Assembly: GCA_013265495.1 (NCBI GenBank)
Contig: MU057777.1
Coordinates: 62,001 to 89,925, forward strand
DNA: 27,925 nt
Direction of reading: 5' to 3'
Source: Vicugna vicugna
Taxonomy: Eukaryota
The notes below the pieces were generated by a model. It searched no databases, was not told where the DNA came from, and saw only the letters and a list, made by a program, of their open reading frames with translations. The position numbers were made by a program, and so were the translations under genes. Below, piece after piece: positions 21,939 through 27,925 of this stretch (the first letter of the stretch is position 1; the number at the start of each line of letters is the position of its first letter).

Positions 21939-23244
21939 AGAAAAACAATTGGAAAAACAAATTACTAAGACACCTAAAATAAATACAGGGAAAACTGCAG
22001 TGGCTAAGTAAAGACAAAACTATTCAGCAAAACTATTCCCCAAAGAGCAAAGATGAACTGAACAAAACTGTCAAAAACAACTCCTTCATGACTCTTGAAA
22101 TTGACCAAAATCATACAATAAATTGAGAGGCATTAATTTAAAAAACTTTGAGTAAGAATGGTGGGAATCTGAAGCATTTTAATTAGGGGACTGTTCCCAT
22201 TACTCCCACCATCTTTGCGGTATGGTGGTTTTAAATGGGAAGTGGAGGCCACAAGGACAGATAGCTCCACTGATGTTGGGTGCTGCCATGATTTGGAGCA
22301 AAGCACAATAAAACCCATGTCCAGTGGCATTGATAAAAACAACAGCAATCTCAGTAGAAAATAATCAAGAAAGGCCAACATCACAGCTAGCCTAATGTCT
22401 CAATACTAATTGTGAAGAGCTACAGACCAGGAAACCAGCAAGAAATTTAATGTGGATATCCAAGGACTGAGAAGCAAAGTGGGCCTTGAGAAGCTCCCAT
22501 ATATCCCTGGGGGTTTGGCAGACCACATGCATGTGCAAGGTTGCAACGCCCACTTAGGAGAGGTTAAAGTCGGTCCCAGATATATACTTGTCCCTGGAAA
22601 AAAGTGAGGCCTTGTTCACATAGAAAGTAAGAGCTAGGACAGACTTGTAAATGGTCTAAACTTTGATTGTGTTTCCCATCATACATACAGACCCACTGGC
22701 AAGGGGTGGGAGATTTATTGGTTTAAGATTTTAATCACAATCAGACCAACCACTGGCTGACCACTAAGCTATGCTGACACAGAGGTAATATTATCCAAAA
22801 TGTCCAGTTTTCACTTAAAAAGTTAGACATGCAAAAAACAGTAACATGTGACCCATATATAGGCAATAAAAAAAGCAGTTAATAGAAACTGTCTCTGAAA
22901 GGCCCAAATGTTGCATACAGCAGGCAAAGACATAAAAATATGCTCAAAGAACTAGAGAAAATCATGTTTAATGAATTCAAGCAAAGTATGAAGGCAGTGA
23001 TTAATCACATAAAAATATAAACATACAAATTATAAAAAGAATTAAATGGGAATTTGAGTTGACAAGTTACAATAACTGAAATTAAAAATTCACTGGGAGG
23101 ATTCTATAGCAGATTTAAGCTGGCAGAAGAAGGAACAAATAAACATGAAGATAGATGAACAGAAATTATTTTATTTTCAGAACAGAAAGAAAAAGAATTA
23201 ACAGATCCACAGAGACCTGTGGGACACCAGCAAGTATACCAACC

Positions 23245-23660
23245 TAGATTAGTTTGCTAGAACTACCAAAACAAAGTACCAGAAAATGCGTAGCTTAAAA
23301 CACAGAAATATATTGTTCCACTATTCTGTAGGCTAGAAGTCTGAGATCAAGGTGTTGGCAGGGTTGATCCCTTGTAAGAACTGTGTGGGAAAGATCTGTT
23401 CTAGATCTCTTTCTTTGGCTTGTATATGGCTGTCTTCTCTCTGTGTCTTCACATCATCTTCCCTGTGTATGTATGTATCTCCAAATTTCCCCTTTTTATA
23501 AGAATATCGGTCATATTGGATTAGGGTCCACCCTAATGACCTCATTTTAATTTGATTACCTCTATAAAGATCTTATGTCCAAATAAGATTACATTTTGGG
23601 GTACAGGGGGTTAGGCCTTCAACATATGAATTTGGGAGGGCCACAATTTAATCCATAATA
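23245..23660 (-). mobile_element. MLT1 (MLT1B-like) MaLR solo LTR in L1 ORF1
   Basis: attagtttgctagaactacc...ggctagaagtctgagatcaaggtgttggcaggg...gtcatattggattagggtccaccctaatgacctcattttaa...cacaatttaatccataata. Confidence 0.9.
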
Positions 23661-24221
23661 TAGCCTATGAGTAATTTGAGTCCAAGAGGGAGCAAAGAGA
23701 CAAAAAGGAACAGAAAAAATATTTGAAAAAATAATTCCCAAAACATCTCAAACTTGATGAAAAATAATCTATACATCTGAGAAGCTCAAAAACCTCCAAG
23801 TAGGACAAACATAAAAAAAAATTCACTCTGAGACAAATTACAGTCACACTGTTGAAAGCCAACAACAATAGACAAGTTTCAAAGCAGCAAGAGAAAAATG
23901 ATTCCTCATATATAAGGGAACTACAGTAAGATTAAAAGGAGACTTCTCATCAGAAACAATGGAGGTCAGAGGAAGTACAATAGCATATGGAACATGCTAA
24001 AGTTAAAAATAAAACCAATTAACCATGAGTTCTATAGACAGCAAAACTATCCTTTGAAAATGTAATAAAGACATTCCCATATGGAGAATTTGTTGCTAGC
24101 AGATGTCCTTTACAAGAAATACTAATGGAAGTCCCTCAGGTTAAAAGGAAATGACACCAGATAGTAATCAAATCATCCAAAGAAATAAAAGTAAAGGTTA
24201 AATACATAGGCAAATATAAAA

Positions 24222-24303
24222 TACACACACACACACATATATATACTTACAAACATATACACACATATACATACACAGATACATATACACACATATATTT
24301 ATA
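24222..24303 (+). repeat. Imperfect (CA/TA)n simple repeat
   Basis: tacacacacacacacatatatatac...catatatacacacatatatt. Confidence 0.85.
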
Positions 24304-24679
24304 TCTTTTCTGTTAACTGGTCCAAAATGCAACCGCATAAAACAATAATTATAAAATGTAGTCTTAATTTTAGAACATATAAAGCTACAATACACATGAT
24401 GATTACAAAAATGTAAGGGGAGAGAATAAACCAATGCATGAGCAAGAAAATGATGCCACTGATAACATGAATCCACAGAAGGAAATGAAGACCACTAGAA
24501 ACTATAAACTGTGAGTTAATCTAAAAGACTTCATAAATGTATTCTCTCCTTTTTTCTTTATCCTCTTTAAAAGATACGATTTTACAGTTCATAATTATAA
24601 CTCTGTATATTGGGGTTATAATCACATATAAATGTAATATATGTAATAATAGTAGCACAAAGGAAGGGAAAGAATGCAC

Positions 24680-25245
24680 ACCAGAGTCCCAGACCACTTC
24701 CAAACTGCTGCTTTTGAGAGCACCAGCAATGGTTGACCCATTCAGATGTAGTGCCAAGTCTGAGCCAGCTCCATCCTCCACAACTGTACACTCTTCTCAA
24801 CCTGCAATAGCAGCCTTCATCCCGTGGGATACTGCACCATGGAGCAAAAGGGCCCAGAAGTGGGTGCTTGGTGTGGGCTGGGGCACATGTTTGGGCAGTT
24901 CCAAGACACCAATTAGAATTCCAGACCACTCCCAATCTGCTTCCCTCATCCCATTCAGATGTAGTGCAGGTCCAAGCTGACTCCATCCCCCAACAGCTTC
25001 ACACTCTCCTCAGCAGCAGCAGTCTTTGCCCTAGTGCAGAGCTGCACCATGGAGCAAGAGGAGCCAGAGTGAGTGCTCAGTGTGGGCCAAAGCATGTGCT
25101 GGGGCATTCATGGTAAATCAGCCAGAGCCCCATGCAGGCTCAATCTTCTCCTTGTTTTGGGAGTAAGCAAGTGTGTGCAAGCTCTTCACAAGTTTAATCT
25201 AAGTTTCTCATAGTCCCCTGTCAGTCCCACCACTCTTAAAACCAA
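24680..25245 (-). mobile_element. L1 5' UTR fragment (L1MA9/L1M3-like) with about 210-bp internal repeat units
   Basis: cccattcagatgtagtgc occurs at about 24737 and 24950, and ctgcaccatggagcaa at about 24832 and 25042. gagtaagcaagtgtgtgcaagctcttcacaag...gtcccaccactcttaaaacca resembles reversed L1M3-type 5' UTR. Confidence 0.65.
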
Positions 25246-25251
25246 ATAAGG

Positions 25252-26591
25252 ATGTGTTGGGGAAACTGGACAGCAGCATGTAAATCAGTGAAGCTAGAAA
25301 ACTCCTTTACACCAGACACAAACATAAACTCAAAATGGATCAAAGACTTAAACGTAAGACAAGATACAATAAACCTCAACGAAGTAACTATAGGCAAAAC
25401 ATTATCTGACATACATGTCAAAAATGTTCTCCTAGAACAGTCTACCCAAGCAATAGAAATAAAAGCAAGAATAAACAAATGGGACCTAATTAAACTTACA
25501 AGCTTCTGCACAGCAAAGGGAATCATAAGTAAAAAAAATGACAAACTGCAGAATGGGAGAAAATTTTTGCAAATGATGAAACCAACAAAGGCTTGATCTC
25601 CAGAATATATAAGCAGCTCATACGACTTAATAAAAAGAAAACAAATAACCCCAACCAAAAATGGGCAGAAGACCTAAGCAAGCAATTCTCCAAGGAAGAC
25701 ATACAAATGATCAATAGGCACATGAAAAAATGTTCAGTATCACTAATTATCAGAGAAATGCAAATCAAAACTACAATGAGGTATCACCTCACACCAGCCA
25801 GAATGGACATCATTCAAAAATCCACAAATGACAAATGCTAGAGAGGCTGTGGAGAAAAGGGAACCCTCCTACACTGCTGGTGGGAATGCAGTTTGGTGCA
25901 GCCACTGTGGAAAACAGTATGGGGATTCCTCAAAAGACTAGGAATAGACTTACCGTATGACCCAGGAATCCCACTCCTAGCCATATATCCAGAAGGAACC
26001 CTACTTCAGGATGACACCTGCACCCCAATGTTCATAGCAGCACTATTTACAATAGCCAAGACATGGAAACAGCCTAAATGTCCATCAACTCATGACTGGA
26101 TAAAGAAGAAGCAGTATATTTATATAATGGAATACTATTCAGCCATAAAAATGACAACATAACACCACTTGCAGCAACACGGATGTCCCTGAAGAATATC
26201 ATTCTAAGTGAAGTAAGCCAGAAAGAGAAAGAAAAATACCATAAGAGAGCACTCATATGTGGAACCTAAAAAAAAACATAAATACAAAACAGAAACAGAC
26301 TCATAGACATAGAATATAAACTTGTGGTTGCCAAGGGGGCAGGAGGTGGGAAGGGACAGACTGGGACTTCGAAATTTGTAGACACTGACAGGCATATGCA
26401 GAACAGACAAACAAGATTATACTATATAACACAGGGAAATATATGCAACATCTCGTGGTAGCTCACAGCAAAAAAAAATTTGACAATGAATATATGCATG
26501 TTCATGTATAACTGAAAAATTGTGCTGTACACTGGAATCTGACACAACATTGTAAAATGACTATAACTCAATAAAAAAATGTTTAAAAAAA
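25252..26591 (+). mobile_element. Young lineage-specific 5'-truncated L1 (ORF2 C-terminus, 3' UTR, A-tail)
   Basis: Little-decayed ORF2 peptides ([70 protein letters not shown]). The 3' UTR ends ctataactcaataaaaaaatgtttaaaaaaa. Confidence 0.92.
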
Positions 26592-27556
26592 TGGGCAGAA
26601 GACCTGAGTAAACATTTTTCCAAAGAAGATACACAGATGTCCAACAGGTACATGAAAAAATGCTCAAAATCACCAGCCATCAGGGAAATGCAAATGAAAA
26701 CTACAATGAGATATCACCTCACAACTGGTCAGAATGGCTGTTATCAAAAAGACAACAAATAACAAGTGTTGGCGAGGATGTGGAGAAAAGGGAACCCTTG
26801 TGTACTGCTGGTGGGAATGTAAATTGGTACAATCATCACTATGAAAACAGTACAGAAGTCCCTTAAACAATTAAAAATAGAACTGCCATATGATCTAGAA
26901 ATTTCACTTCTGGGTATATACCCCAAAAACAAAAGCACTAATTTGAGAAGATATATGCACCTCTATGATCATTGCAGCATTATTTACAATAGCTAAGATA
27001 TGGAAACAACCTAAGTGTTCATTGATTGACGAATGGATAAAGAAAATGTGTGTGTGTATATATATATACCCACAGACACATAATGGAATAATATTCATTC
27101 ATAACAAAAGAAAGAAATCTTCCCTTTTCAACAATACAGATTAGAGGTGATTATGCTAAGTGAAAAAGTCAAACAGAGAAAGGGAAACACCATATGATTT
27201 CAGTTATAAGTGGAATCTAAAAAAATAAAACCAATAAATAAGCATAACAAAAGAGAAACAGACTCTCTAGATACAGAGAACAAACTGGTAGTTGCCAGAG
27301 GGGAGGGAGGTGGTTGGGATGAGAGAAACAGGTGAGGGAGATTAAGAGGTACAAACTTCTAGTTATGAAATAAATGAGTTATGTGGATGTAATATATATA
27401 TAGGGAAATACTCAATAATATATCTTTGTATGGCGATACTTGGTAACTAGACTTATGGTGAGTCAATTTGAAAGGTATAAAAATATCAACTCACTGTATT
27501 GTGCACTTGGAACTAACATACTATTGTAGATCAATTATACTTCAATTTTCTAAAAA
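26592..27556 (+). mobile_element. Older L1 (L1MA9-like) ORF2 end and 3' UTR
   Basis: tgggcagaagacctgag..., gattaagaggtacaaactt, gaactaacatactattgtagatcaattatacttcaat. Confidence 0.85.
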
Positions 27557-27925
27557 GATGAATTTAGACCCCGTACCTCACACCACATGCAAAAGCTAAG
27601 TCAAAATGGACTAGATATAAATGTAAGAGGTAAAACTATAAAACTTTCAGAAGTAAATATAGGAGACCTTGGATTAAGCAAAGAGTTCTTAGATACAATA
27701 CCAAAAAGCATTACTTGTAAAAGAAAAATGATAAATTGAACTTAAAATTCAACACCTTTGTTCTTCAAAAGACATCATTAAAAATGAAAAGACAAGTCAG
27801 AGACTGGAAAAGTATTTTTAAATCAAATACCTGATAAAGGACTTGTATCCTAAATATATAAAGAATTCTTATATCTCAGTAAGAAGAGAAACAACCTAAT
27901 TGAAAAATGGGCAAAGTAAGTAATA
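27557..27925 (+). mobile_element. Old L1M ORF2 C-terminal fragment running off the window
   Basis: gaccccgtacctcacaccacatgcaaaa, aaaactataaaactttcagaag, ctgataaaggacttgtatcc. Confidence 0.8.

Larger units (their letters stand above)
21990..24675 (+). mobile_element. Old L1M 5' UTR, ORF1 and inter-ORF region
   Basis: aaaactgtcaaaaacaac..actcttgaaattgaccaaa (5' region); aataactgaaattaaaaattcactgg, aaagcagcaagagaaaa, gacttctcatcagaaacaatggaggtcagagg (ORF1). Confidence 0.8.

Noticed and set aside
24521..25116. Overlapping ORFs of 82-147 aa
   Set aside because: They lie in a GC-richer L1 5' UTR fragment with internal repeats, where stop codons are scarce by chance.
25252..26410. Active L1 or a functional ORF2
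   Set aside because: 5'-truncated and split by frameshifts and a stop.

Overview
AT-rich placental-mammal DNA, about 85-90% old transposable elements by eye (L1M, L2, L3/CR1, MLT1 and LTR33 solo LTRs, hAT and Tigger MITEs). I see no Alu, ruminant, pig, horse or carnivore SINEs. The youngest L1 3' UTR resembles camelid L1 as I remember it, so the taxon guess is low confidence. The only host coding sequence I can support is a 182-nt minus-strand exon (11404-11585) carrying the start codon and N-terminal 60 aa of TMLHE (trimethyllysine dioxygenase; exon 2 in human numbering). The window is therefore TMLHE intron 2 (left), exon 2, and intron 1 (right). The main unexpected feature is a GC-richer, non-TE island at about 20150-21225. 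Its + strand translation, read across frameshifts and stops, gives about 11 collinear blocks resembling bornavirus glycoprotein G, from the N-terminal Cys motif to the transmembrane helix. I call it a decayed endogenous bornavirus-like G element (EBLG) lying antisense in TMLHE intron 1. All family assignments come from remembered consensus or protein sequences, not from database searches. TE boundaries are approximate unless terminal repeats or target-site duplications are given.
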